From: Candidatus Hydrogenedentota bacterium
Lineage (GTDB): Bacteria > Hydrogenedentota > Hydrogenedentia > Hydrogenedentales > SLHB01
Reading direction: 5' to 3'
NCBI GenBank assembly: GCA_045863295.1
Contig: BTWA01000014.1
Location: forward strand, 32,001 to 96,000
Length of the DNA: 64,000 nucleotides
The position numbers and the translations under genes are program-made. Of the stretch, positions 9,860 through 19,087 are shown one piece after another. A model generated the notes under the pieces. That model made no database searches and was not told where the DNA came from. It saw only the letters and a program-made list of their open reading frames with translations. Position 1 is the first letter of the stretch. Each line of letters begins with the position of its first letter.

Positions 9860-10846
9860 ATGGCGAGTCCCGTAGAGGCGATCCGTCGAAACGTAGAGGC
9901 TCATTCTGAATTCATCCGGCGGCTACGTGCGGAAATGGCCCGCGTCATCGTCGGTCAACACTATATGGTTGACCGGCTCCTCATCGGAATGCTGGCCAAT
10001 GGACACGTATTGCTCGAAGGGGTGCCTGGATTAGCCAAGACAACTGCTGTCAAGACGTTAGCCCAGTCAATGCAGTGCAAGTTCTCCAGAATACAGTTCA
10101 CCCCGGATCTGCTCCCGGCCGACCTCACCGGCACCCTCGTCTACAACCCCAAGTCCGGCGAATTCACAACCAAAAAGGGCCCAATCTTTGCCAACATCGT
10201 CCTGGCGGATGAAATCAACCGCGCTCCCGCAAAGGTTCAGAGCGCGCTCTTGGAGGCCATGCAAGAACGGCAGGTAACCATCGGAGAAGAGACCTTTCGC
10301 TTGGAAGAACCGTTCATGGTCCTCGCCACGCAAAACCCAATCGAGCAGGAAGGCACCTATCCGCTACCGGAAGCCCAGGTCGATCGGTTCATGCTCAAAT
10401 TACGTGTCACATACCCCACCAAAGCGGAAGAACGGGAGATTATGGATCGCGTCGACGTGTTGCACGACCCGCGTGTCGACACCGTCGTGACCAAGTACGA
10501 GATCATGCAGGCACGGGAAGTAGTGAACCAGGTCTACGTCGACGAGAAAGCCAAGAATTATATTGTCGACATTGTGCATGCAACGCGCCAACCCGAGTAT
10601 TTCGGTCTCAATATTCGCCACCTGATCGAATACGGCGCATCTCCAAGGGCAACCATCTATCTTCAACAGGGCGCTCGCGCACTCGCCTTTCTTCAGGGCG
10701 AAGGCAACGTCTTCCCCAATGACGTCAAGCAAATCGCGCAGGACGTGTTGAGGCATCGAATCATTGTGACGTATGAAGCGGAGGCCGAAGGCAAGTCAAG
10801 CGAAGACATCATCCGAATGATCCTGGACCACGTCCCTGTGCCATAA
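9860..10846 (+). CDS. moxR: MoxR-family AAA+ ATPase
   Basis: HVLLEGVPGLAKT, RIQFTPDLLPAD, DEINRAPAKVQSALLEAM and ATQNPIEQEGTYPLPEAQVDRF. ATG at 9860 with a GGAGG RBS. Confidence 0.96.
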   Translation: MASPVEAIRRNVEAHSEFIRRLRAEMARVIVGQHYMVDRLLIGMLANGHVLLEGVPGLAKTTAVKTLAQSMQCKFSRIQFTPDLLPADLTGTLVYNPKSGEFTTKKGPIFANIVLADEINRAPAKVQSALLEAMQERQVTIGEETFRLEEPFMVLATQNPIEQEGTYPLPEAQVDRFMLKLRVTYPTKAEEREIMDRVDVLHDPRVDTVVTKYEIMQAREVVNQVYVDEKAKNYIVDIVHATRQPEYFGLNIRHLIEYGASPRATIYLQQGARALAFLQGEGNVFPNDVKQIAQDVLRHRIIVTYEAEAEGKSSEDIIRMILDHVPVP

Positions 10847-10878
10847 CCAGGCGCCGGTTTCCACGGGAGGGCATTGCC

Positions 10879-11763
10879 GTGATACCTCAAGAAGTCATGC
10901 AGGAAGTCCGCCGGATTCAGATCAGAACCAGTCATCTCGTAAATGATGTACTCGCCGGTCAGTATCAAAGTGTCTTTAAAGGACAGGGGGTGGAGTTTCG
11001 CGAAGTACGCGAGTATGTCGCGGGCGATGACATTCGGATGATCGATTGGCACGTTACAGCGCGCACCGGTACACCCCATGTCAAAATCCTCACGGAAGAA
11101 CGCGAATTAACCGTGATGCTGGTGGTCGATGCAAGTGGCTCAGGACGATTCGGAAGCGTTCAACGATTCAAGAATGAGTTGGCGGCCGAATTGTGCGCAG
11201 TGCTGGCGTTTTCCGCCATCAAAAACAACGACAAGGTGGGTCTGATAGTCTTTACTGGCGAAGTGGAGTTGTACGTCCCGCCCAAAAAAGGGCGGCGGCA
11301 TGTGCTGCGCGTCGTTCGCGATGTGTTGTATTTCAAACCTCGAGGAACACAGACTAACATACCCGGCGCTCTTCATTTTCTGAACAGCATCCTCCGCCGG
11401 AAATCCGTTGTCTTTCTGGTATCCGACTTCCTCGCGGATGGGTTCGAACATCCCCTGCGAATCACAAGGCAGCGCCACGACCTCATCGCTGTAGTCGTGT
11501 CGGATCCTCGAGAGGCCACGCTCCCCAATGTCGGTCTCATCAGCGTAGTGGACGCCGAAACCGGCCGGGAAACGATGGTCAATACCAGCGATCCCCGTGT
11601 CCGGGAACGGTATGTGATGGCTGCCCAAGCCCGCGTGCAATCTCGTACCGAACTTTTTCGCCGATCGCGAGTCGACAGCATAATTGTAAATACAGACCGG
11701 CCATACGCAGACGAACTCTTTCGCTTCTTCCGTATGCGGGAACGAAGATTGGCGTTGGGATGA
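10879..11763 (+). CDS. DUF58 domain protein
   Basis: G.EFREVREYVAGDDIRMIDWHVTAR, VVDASGS and VSDF. Typical partner of moxR. Confidence 0.93.
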   Translation: MIPQEVMQEVRRIQIRTSHLVNDVLAGQYQSVFKGQGVEFREVREYVAGDDIRMIDWHVTARTGTPHVKILTEERELTVMLVVDASGSGRFGSVQRFKNELAAELCAVLAFSAIKNNDKVGLIVFTGEVELYVPPKKGRRHVLRVVRDVLYFKPRGTQTNIPGALHFLNSILRRKSVVFLVSDFLADGFEHPLRITRQRHDLIAVVVSDPREATLPNVGLISVVDAETGRETMVNTSDPRVRERYVMAAQARVQSRTELFRRSRVDSIIVNTDRPYADELFRFFRMRERRLALG

Positions 11764-12533
11764 TCGATTACGGGACAACCCCCGGGAAACCGAATTTCGG
11801 GCACGGCCGGGTGAAATTCGGAGGTATAATAAGGGTAGTAGCCGCCGCGGACGAAAGTCGAGTGTCAAATGATCTCGTTCTCAAAATGCAGGCGAGAGGG
11901 TTGGCGACCATGAACGACATGAACAAGGCAGAAGCCCCAAGGTCTCCCGCGTCTTACCTCTATCACAGCGACACCACCGTAACGATCGGAGGACCGACTT
12001 TGACGGCCGTAATCCTCTGCACGGTAATTGGCGTCGTGTTTGGTGCCTCGTTTACGTACGTGATTATGTCCCGTTCTATCGTTGAACGGGATCGAGCAGC
12101 ACTCAGGCAACCCACGCTTTGGGGTGGTCTATCCGCCGCACAAACACGGAACTATGCGGGGTACCTTGAGGCCAAAGGAATGACAAGTTCCGCCATCCAG
12201 GAATACGAGCGATACATTGAACGCTATGCGTTGAACGAAGTCGAACGTACTCAAGTATGCCTCAAAATCGCGGAATTGGCGCTATCACAAGGAGACAACG
12301 AAAAAGCGTTGCGGTACGCCTATTTCGCCGAACTGGCCTCCCCACAGTCTGGCATGCAACCAAAGATTGACGAAGTGATTTTGACGGCCTTGGAAAGATC
12401 CGGAGATAAGGATGCCCTGGTGCGTGAAACAAACGCGCGCGCCCGAAGTGAACGCAAGCCGGCAGAGTCGGCAGCTCCGGAAGGCGAAAAGGCGAAGGAT
12501 CACGCGGAACAATTGGAAGTTGCAATACCGTGA
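11760..12533 (+). CDS. Membrane-anchored TPR-like hypothetical protein
   Basis: One TM segment (LTAVILCTVIGVVFGASFTYVIM) followed by helical TPR-like repeats. The start may lie later (11887 or 11910). Confidence 0.7.
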   Translation: MIDYGTTPGKPNFGHGRVKFGGIIRVVAAADESRVSNDLVLKMQARGLATMNDMNKAEAPRSPASYLYHSDTTVTIGGPTLTAVILCTVIGVVFGASFTYVIMSRSIVERDRAALRQPTLWGGLSAAQTRNYAGYLEAKGMTSSAIQEYERYIERYALNEVERTQVCLKIAELALSQGDNEKALRYAYFAELASPQSGMQPKIDEVILTALERSGDKDALVRETNARARSERKPAESAAPEGEKAKDHAEQLEVAIP

Positions 12534-13444
12534 TGGCCGGTATGTATCACGCACTTGGAATCTGGATGGCCGCGGCCGCTATTGACGCTCCACAAGTCAG
12601 CATCACGATCGATCCGCCGGAAATCCCCTTCCATCGTCAAAGCGAGTTCCAAATTCAGGTGCTAACCATGTCGACAGAGGATGTAACACTACCGCCACTG
12701 GACGAAAACTACTTCGGCATGCCAACGGATGGCTCGCCCTCGGTCACGCGCGAGACGTTAGAGAATGGCCAAGTTCGCATGATTCATTCCTATACGCTCG
12801 ACCCGGTTCACGTCAAAGAGTATGCGTTTCCACCTCTCGAAGTGTCCATCGGAGATGAAAAAGTCAGCGTCACGCCGCCCGGATTGCACGTAAGGGAATT
12901 GACTCCGGAGGAAGAGCGGAAGGCCATGACATTCGCGCCAATCGCCAAACCGGCCGACTTGCCTGCGGGCTATTGGCGTTACATTCCGTGGGGCATAGGC
13001 ATACTTACGGCTGGCGCGCTTTCTGCCCTTACCTTGACGCTGTTTCGCCGCAGAATGGCCGGTAGGGAAACGGACAAGCCCCCTTGGGTATTGGCGCTCA
13101 GCCGGCTGCACGAATTGGAGAAAGCCTCGAACCAGTTTACCGACGGTCCTTTCTATGTCGCATTGTCGGACATCGTCAGACACTATTTGGAGGACCGGTA
13201 TGCGATTCATGCTCCGGAAAGAACTACGCAGGAATTGCTCGTCGAAGCCCATCAGCGTGGCGTCTTGGAGGAACCGCTGCAGCTTATGCTCAAACGTATT
13301 CTGCGTCAGAGTGACCGTGTCAAATTCGCGCAGTTCGATGCAAGTCAGGAAGCAAGACTGCACGACATTTCCGAGGTTCGGCGGTTGATAGAGGGCACAG
13401 TACCCAAAACTGCCGAGGCCGATTCCGGTACGGAGGCCGCATGA
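12530..13444 (+). CDS. Bat-operon membrane protein (BatD-like Ig N-terminus, TM, DUF4381-like C-terminus)
   Basis: Signal peptide, beta-rich domain and TM, then PPW..AL..L..L, FY..LSDIVRHYLE.RY, ERTTQE and DRVKFA. These motifs are typical of the gene between DUF58 and batA. Confidence 0.8.
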   Translation: MMAGMYHALGIWMAAAAIDAPQVSITIDPPEIPFHRQSEFQIQVLTMSTEDVTLPPLDENYFGMPTDGSPSVTRETLENGQVRMIHSYTLDPVHVKEYAFPPLEVSIGDEKVSVTPPGLHVRELTPEEERKAMTFAPIAKPADLPAGYWRYIPWGIGILTAGALSALTLTLFRRRMAGRETDKPPWVLALSRLHELEKASNQFTDGPFYVALSDIVRHYLEDRYAIHAPERTTQELLVEAHQRGVLEEPLQLMLKRILRQSDRVKFAQFDASQEARLHDISEVRRLIEGTVPKTAEADSGTEAA

Positions 13445-14478
13445 CCGAAACGGCCACCTTTATGCATCCCATGGCGCTTTGGCTCCTCATCGGCGCGGCT
13501 ATTCTGTTCATCGCGGAATCGACGGCGGCCGCGCCGGGATCGCTGCGTATCTCAACAGGAGAAACCTTATCAGCCATTGCGTCGTACCGCTCCACGTATC
13601 GTTGGATTCCTCCGCTGTTGCGTGCCTTGGCTTTGGCATGCCTTATTGTAGCTCTCGCCCGGCCGCTACAAGGGATGCGAGTCATCCCAAATACGGCGGA
13701 TGTGGTCGACATTCAACTGTGTGTCGATGTGTCGCGGAGTATGCAGGTTACCGATCTCGACCTATCCGAAAAAAAACTTGATCGCCTGGAGATCACCAAG
13801 TTTGCCGTCCGCGATTTCCTGCAAAGCCGCAAACAACGCATCGAAGATCGTTTTGGAAACGATCGCGTGGGTCTCATTCTGTATGCGGGCTATGCCTGGA
13901 CCCAGTGCCCCCTTACCCTCGACTATGCCGTACTTGAGCGCGAACTGGAAAATGCGCGAATCGTGGACCGCCGAGACCGCGACAAAGACGGAACGGCGAT
14001 TGGCTCGGCAATCGGTCTTGCTGTAAGCAAGCTGCGAAAGTCGGAGGCCGAATCGAAGGTCATTGTGCTGTTGACAGACGGCCGCAACAATGCAGGTAAT
14101 CTCGAGCCGATGACTGCGGCACAATTTGCAAAAGACTTCAATATCCGCATCTACACCATTGCCGCCGGCTCCGACGAAGAGGTTGAGATTTCTCAAGACT
14201 CATGGATGGGGCCCGTAGCGGATCGAATCCGTTTGCCCGTGGACACCGAAGGTCTTCAACGGATCGCCGAAGTTACCGGCGGCAAATTCTACACCGCCCG
14301 AAACCTCGAATCGTTGAAAGAGGCCTATGAGGCCATCAATTCGCTGGAGACCACGGAAGTGGAAGGCGGCCATTATTACGAATATGAAGAAGGATTTGAA
14401 CCGTGGGTCGCGGGAGGCATCGCCCTGTTCATTGCTTCCATTGTTATGAGGCGGCTTTGGTTTGAATCCATTCCGTAG
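13441..14478 (+). CDS. batA: BatA-like VWA domain membrane protein
   Basis: N-terminal F.HP..LWLL, ALARP, MIDAS DVSRSM, PLTLD, GTAIGSAI, LLTDGRNN, IAEVTGGKFY and a C-terminal TM. Confidence 0.92.
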   Translation: MTETATFMHPMALWLLIGAAILFIAESTAAAPGSLRISTGETLSAIASYRSTYRWIPPLLRALALACLIVALARPLQGMRVIPNTADVVDIQLCVDVSRSMQVTDLDLSEKKLDRLEITKFAVRDFLQSRKQRIEDRFGNDRVGLILYAGYAWTQCPLTLDYAVLERELENARIVDRRDRDKDGTAIGSAIGLAVSKLRKSEAESKVIVLLTDGRNNAGNLEPMTAAQFAKDFNIRIYTIAAGSDEEVEISQDSWMGPVADRIRLPVDTEGLQRIAEVTGGKFYTARNLESLKEAYEAINSLETTEVEGGHYYEYEEGFEPWVAGGIALFIASIVMRRLWFESIP

Positions 14479-14511
14479 TGGAATCCAATTAATTGTTGCA
14501 GATCAGGTAAC

Positions 14512-15609
14512 TTGAGCATGGCGTTCGCATTTCCATTACACCAATTATGGGTCTGGATACTCATCGGCACTGCGGCGATACTCGCATTAGCGGGGCTGCT
14601 TCGCGCACTGGAGCGTCGCCGTGACTTGCGGTTGCACCGCCTCGTCGATGTGAAACTGGCGCCCAGGCTCATTCCGGTCAGCCATCGCGCATATCGCCGG
14701 CCCTTGGTATGGTATCCCGTCTTGGCGCTATCCTTGCTCCTGATGGCGCTGGCCCAGCCCCATTGGGGTGCGTCCTGGCAAAAAGTCCAACGAACCAGCC
14801 GGGAGATACTGATTCTGCTGGATACGTCCGAGAGTATGCGGGCGCAAGACGTGGCCCCCAATCGCCTGGAACGGGCGAAACACAAAATTCACACCCTTCT
14901 CGCCAATGCACCCGCCGACCGGGTCGGACTGATTGCGTTCTCCGGTGGAGCCGATCTGCAATCCCCGCTGACCGTCGATCACGGATACTTCAAAGCCGTC
15001 CTCGGCGCCATGGACACGGATACGATTAGTCTGGAAGGATCAAACATGGAAGCCGCGCTGTCCGCGGCCATCGAGGTGTTCCAAAAGGACGACGAGACGA
15101 GGGGGCGCTCCGGGCGATCAAATCGCGCCGTCCTGCTGATTTCCGATGGCGAGGATGCTTCGAGAGACGCACTCAAGGCGGCGGAGACGCTATCGCACCT
15201 CTCCCGATTATACGTGCTCGGCATTGGCACGGAAGAAGGGGCAACAGTCGCACTGCCGGAATGGTATACGCGATATGTCGGAGTGGAGAATACCGCCAAG
15301 GCGCATGTCTCCAAGCTCGATCGAGAGGCACTTTCGCGTCTCGCATTGAATGGCGGAGGCGTCTATTTGCAGAACACGAACGATAACTGGGATATCGACC
15401 AACTGTTGGAACAGGTGGCCGTGCTGGCCTCACGTGATGCCAGCGACGAAATACGAATGCAATTGGTGAACCGCTACCAATGGTTTTTGGGGTTGGGAAT
15501 CGTATTTGTAGCGGCGGAAGGCGCATGGCTGGCCTTGATGCCCCATTTGCGACGCCGCATGGACGCGAACCACACAACCGATCGGCCGGGAGACGAAGAG
15601 TATGCGTAA
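14512..15609 (+). CDS. batB: BatB-like VWA domain membrane protein
   Basis: ALAQPHWG, MIDAS DTSESM, DVAPNRLERAK, LISDGED, LGIGTEEG and NRYQWFL. Confidence 0.92.
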   Translation: MSMAFAFPLHQLWVWILIGTAAILALAGLLRALERRRDLRLHRLVDVKLAPRLIPVSHRAYRRPLVWYPVLALSLLLMALAQPHWGASWQKVQRTSREILILLDTSESMRAQDVAPNRLERAKHKIHTLLANAPADRVGLIAFSGGADLQSPLTVDHGYFKAVLGAMDTDTISLEGSNMEAALSAAIEVFQKDDETRGRSGRSNRAVLLISDGEDASRDALKAAETLSHLSRLYVLGIGTEEGATVALPEWYTRYVGVENTAKAHVSKLDREALSRLALNGGGVYLQNTNDNWDIDQLLEQVAVLASRDASDEIRMQLVNRYQWFLGLGIVFVAAEGAWLALMPHLRRRMDANHTTDRPGDEEYA

Positions 15610-16585
15610 GCTGGCCACGGTAATGGTGTTTCTCGTCGCGAGCTTGGCGCTCGCACAGGACAGTTTCGAGGACGGATTTAACCGTGCCAATGCGTTGCTG
15701 CGCAGCGGCGAGGCGGACGACGCGCTGGAGGCCTATCGCAAGCTGCAAATTGACCAGCCCGAATTACCATCGTTGTACTTTGGAATCGGATGCGCCGAAT
15801 TCGAGAACGCCTTGGAGAAATCGCGGGCGCAACAGGGCTCGAGCAGGGACAATGTATTCAGTATTGCGGAAACCGCGTTTGAAAAGGCCGCCCGCACGAA
15901 CGATCCCGCACTGCGGCGCGATGCCGAATTCAATCTCGCTTCGGCATCCGCACGCAAGGCGATAGCCGCGCCGGAAGGCGCCAGCCCGGATGAAATGAAA
16001 GCGCGTTACAAGGAAGGAATCAACGCGTTCGAGAGGTTTCTTGAAAAGTACCCGGGCCACGAAGGCGCTGAACAAAGCCTCGACCATCTGCGCTATAGCA
16101 TGAAGCGAATGCTCCAACAACCCCCTCCGGAAGAGACTCAATCGGGTGGGAATCAAGAGCAAGAGCAAAACGAAAACGATCAGCAGCGCGGTGAACAGGG
16201 AAAACCCTCGCCAAAGCCGGGTAGCCAGCAGGGCGATTCGGGTGAACAGACGGATGAACCAGGAACATCCGAAAGTCAGGATGAGCCACAGAACGATGGA
16301 GAGGGGGAGAAGAGTGATGGGACAGACGCTCGTCCTTCGCCCGACGAGAATTCTCAAAACATGGAGACCCCAAACATCCGGCCCGAAGATATCGCGGAGC
16401 GGGAAGAAGACAGGACACAGAACAGCGATCCGCGACGTGCGATGACCGCCAGCGCAATGCCGGAGAACGGGAATCGACAGGAAGTCGAAGCGCTGTTGCA
16501 GTCGCTAGAGGAAATCGACAAGCAGGAACAATTGAATCTGCGGCGCGCTCCCATGGATGACCGCATACGCCGGGAATGGTGGTAG
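15602..16585 (+). CDS. batC: BatC-like TPR protein with Q/E-rich disordered linker
   Basis: Signal peptide, TPRs, an acidic/Gln-rich linker, EALLQSLEE and a terminal Trp (REWW). Confidence 0.82.
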   Translation: MRKLATVMVFLVASLALAQDSFEDGFNRANALLRSGEADDALEAYRKLQIDQPELPSLYFGIGCAEFENALEKSRAQQGSSRDNVFSIAETAFEKAARTNDPALRRDAEFNLASASARKAIAAPEGASPDEMKARYKEGINAFERFLEKYPGHEGAEQSLDHLRYSMKRMLQQPPPEETQSGGNQEQEQNENDQQRGEQGKPSPKPGSQQGDSGEQTDEPGTSESQDEPQNDGEGEKSDGTDARPSPDENSQNMETPNIRPEDIAEREEDRTQNSDPRRAMTASAMPENGNRQEVEALLQSLEEIDKQEQLNLRRAPMDDRIRREWW

Positions 16586-16595
16586 TAGCAACTCC

Positions 16596-18317
16596 ATGTT
16601 GTTTTCGTATACATATTTCCTCCTCGCCGTCGCCGCACTAGCCGGCCAGCCCATCGTTTTGAAAGCCGATCGACAAGACCCGCGCGCGGGCGAACCATTT
16701 CGAATCACGGTCGAAGTATCAGGAAAGACAGTGAGCGATCTGATTGCTCCCAACGTCGACGGGCTCACCATTGAAGCCAATCCGCAATTGCGCAATGAAG
16801 TCTCAATAGACGTAAACGGAAGTCGCGCGATAACGCTCATGCAAGGCTACGATGTACAAGCGGCACAGCCCGGTTCCTACACCATTTCACCGTTCCGGGC
16901 ACGAGTTGATGGGCAATTTGTGGAAAGCAACGGGTTGGTGATAAACGTTCGCCCGCAACAGGAAACAGCCGGCAACGCTCCCGGCGACCCATTAACCATT
17001 GACGATTTCATGCGGTTCACCGCGGAAGTGGACGCGGAAAGCGCCTACGAAGGCCAAGCCGTCACGTTGACCCTGGCGCTCCGGTGGCCCGACAGCGCGC
17101 AACCCCCTTCCGAACGCCAGTTGGAACTCTCTGATTTTCCCGGTTTCTACACCGTCCAAAGCGACTGGCAAAGCGTGATGTTGCCCGATGTAAGGCTCGA
17201 CGGAAAGACATTTCACGGCAAAGGCTGGACCATGGTGATCTTCCCTACGGCACAAGGCGAACAGGTGATCAAGGAAGCCGCACTCACCGTGGTAGCCATG
17301 ATGCCCATGCCTTTCGGCCGCACACGGCCCGACGTGATTACACTCCGCACTCAGCCCGTGACCGTAAACGTGAAACCGCTTCCAACGCGTCCTCTTGAAT
17401 TCACGGGCTCCGTGGGATCCTTCGAATTGAAAGCGGAGCCGCCCGACCCAAATGCGGTGCAAGGGGTACCTCACACGTTGGCTGTTTGGGTGAGCGGCTC
17501 GGGCAATCCAAACGCGCTCGGTGAACCGGAATTTCCGACGCTCCCTTGGGCCGAAGTGAGAGACGCTGAACAATACAGCCGCCCCAATTCCACGAAGGGG
17601 GGAACCCAAGTGGACCGGCGTTTCACCTATACGCTGATACCGCTGGCCATAGGCGCGCAGGAAATTCCAAGAATTACATACTGCTTCTTTAATCCCACGA
17701 CATCCTCCTACGAAACCGCCGAAGTGGGGCCGTTCACGTTGAATGTGCTGAAAGGATCGGATTCCGAAAGAGTCATCGTGACCAACGAACCGCAGTCAGG
17801 TACGACGCAACCCGAAGTAGACGGCCTGACCGGTATCTTGGGAGGTGCCGAAGTCGCGCTGACGCGGAAGTACGGTATACAGGAATTGGCGCGTATGGCC
17901 TGCATCGCCATTGCTCCCATGAGTTGCGCCGCGGCCCTGCTTCTCTCGCGGTCTCGCAGGCGTCCAATAAAGGGTGGCCGGAAAGTGGCGATTCAAAGAG
18001 CACATCAACTGCTGCGCCAAACCGAGTCATCGCGCGATCCCGTGCAGGGTATCTACCGCGCCATTCTCGTCTACGTGTCACAACGATGGACACTTTTGGG
18101 AAAAGGCCTGACGTCAATCGAGGTAGAACAAACCCTTCGTGAGCGGGAAGTACCAATTGACATCACGTCCGCGCTGATACGGATACTCAAGACGTGCGAA
18201 CATGCGCGATACGCGGGGCGGGAATTGTCCGGAGAGGAAGTGGATGCATTGCGGCATGCCGCCGCAGCCTTGCTGGATCAGCTCGATAAACTCGCGAAGG
18301 ATGACACTCAACCATGA
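16596..18317 (+). CDS. batD: BatD-family protein
   Basis: Signal peptide, GEPF.ITVEV, Y.GQ.V.LT, VKPLP...FTGSVGSF, VSGSGN, FFNP....YE, a TM and a C-terminal helical domain. Confidence 0.88.
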   Translation: MLFSYTYFLLAVAALAGQPIVLKADRQDPRAGEPFRITVEVSGKTVSDLIAPNVDGLTIEANPQLRNEVSIDVNGSRAITLMQGYDVQAAQPGSYTISPFRARVDGQFVESNGLVINVRPQQETAGNAPGDPLTIDDFMRFTAEVDAESAYEGQAVTLTLALRWPDSAQPPSERQLELSDFPGFYTVQSDWQSVMLPDVRLDGKTFHGKGWTMVIFPTAQGEQVIKEAALTVVAMMPMPFGRTRPDVITLRTQPVTVNVKPLPTRPLEFTGSVGSFELKAEPPDPNAVQGVPHTLAVWVSGSGNPNALGEPEFPTLPWAEVRDAEQYSRPNSTKGGTQVDRRFTYTLIPLAIGAQEIPRITYCFFNPTTSSYETAEVGPFTLNVLKGSDSERVIVTNEPQSGTTQPEVDGLTGILGGAEVALTRKYGIQELARMACIAIAPMSCAAALLLSRSRRRPIKGGRKVAIQRAHQLLRQTESSRDPVQGIYRAILVYVSQRWTLLGKGLTSIEVEQTLREREVPIDITSALIRILKTCEHARYAGRELSGEEVDALRHAAAALLDQLDKLAKDDTQP

Positions 18318-19087
18318 TCATCCATTCGCTGATAACTGCTTTCTCTCTAATGGCCGCCATGCCGGAACAGGCTCTGGTTGATGCGGGAAATGATGCCTAC
18401 GCAAAAGGCGACTACATCCTCGCCATCTCTCACTACGAACGGGTAATAGCCGACGGTTCGTTTGGCGCCGGCCTCTATCTCAATTTGGGCAACGCGTATT
18501 TTCAGGCAGGGTTTCCCGGTATCGCAATGGCCCAATACCAAAGGGCATTGCATGTACAGCCAGGATTGGAGGAAGCGGCACATAACCTCGCCTTTGTACG
18601 CGCAAAAGTACCCGGCGCGCGAGCGCAACCTTTTCTTCCCACGTGGAGGCAACTCGCGGCGCGCTGCCGCCTGGGTATGGATCACATGCTGCTCTCGTGG
18701 ACGGCGGTTCTGGTCTGGCTCATTTTCTGGGTAAGCTTGGCGCGCAGTATCCAGAGAACTTCGCGCACTTGGATAGGGTTGACATTGCTAAGTGCAATGC
18801 TGACAGCCGTTTTCGGGCTGGCCTACATCGATTTTCGGTGGCCCGCTACGGTGGCTGTGGTTGCCGCCGACCCGATTCCGGTACGATATACGACCGACGA
18901 GTCAGAGACAGTGCAATTCGAGTTGCGTGAAGGCGATTCGGTGCTCATTGATTCTTGGCGAGGACCGTGGGTGCGTGTCAAAACGGCCTCCGGGGATCGG
19001 GGCTGGGCATTGACCGAACATTTCGCAATTGTAGGCTCTCCCTATGGTGTGTACCGCTCGGGAATTGAATCAGGGGATATGGAGTGA
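18314..19087 (+). CDS. batE: BatE-like TPR + SH3 membrane protein
   Basis: GNDAY..GDY..A...YE, LYLNLGNAYF, two TMs, and an SH3b-like tail (LREG...WVRVK...RGW). Confidence 0.88.
   Translation: MIIHSLITAFSLMAAMPEQALVDAGNDAYAKGDYILAISHYERVIADGSFGAGLYLNLGNAYFQAGFPGIAMAQYQRALHVQPGLEEAAHNLAFVRAKVPGARAQPFLPTWRQLAARCRLGMDHMLLSWTAVLVWLIFWVSLARSIQRTSRTWIGLTLLSAMLTAVFGLAYIDFRWPATVAVVAADPIPVRYTTDESETVQFELREGDSVLIDSWRGPWVRVKTASGDRGWALTEHFAIVGSPYGVYRSGIESGDME

Noticed and set aside
9115..9875. Short ORFs in the large intergenic region (9115-9333, 9190-9396, 9357-9626, 9681-9875)
   Set aside because: They have no motifs or convincing RBS and overlap each other, so they were not called as CDS.
16120..16440. 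Q/E/G-rich low-complexity segment
   Set aside because: This is the ordinary disordered linker of BatC-type proteins, not a DNA repeat.
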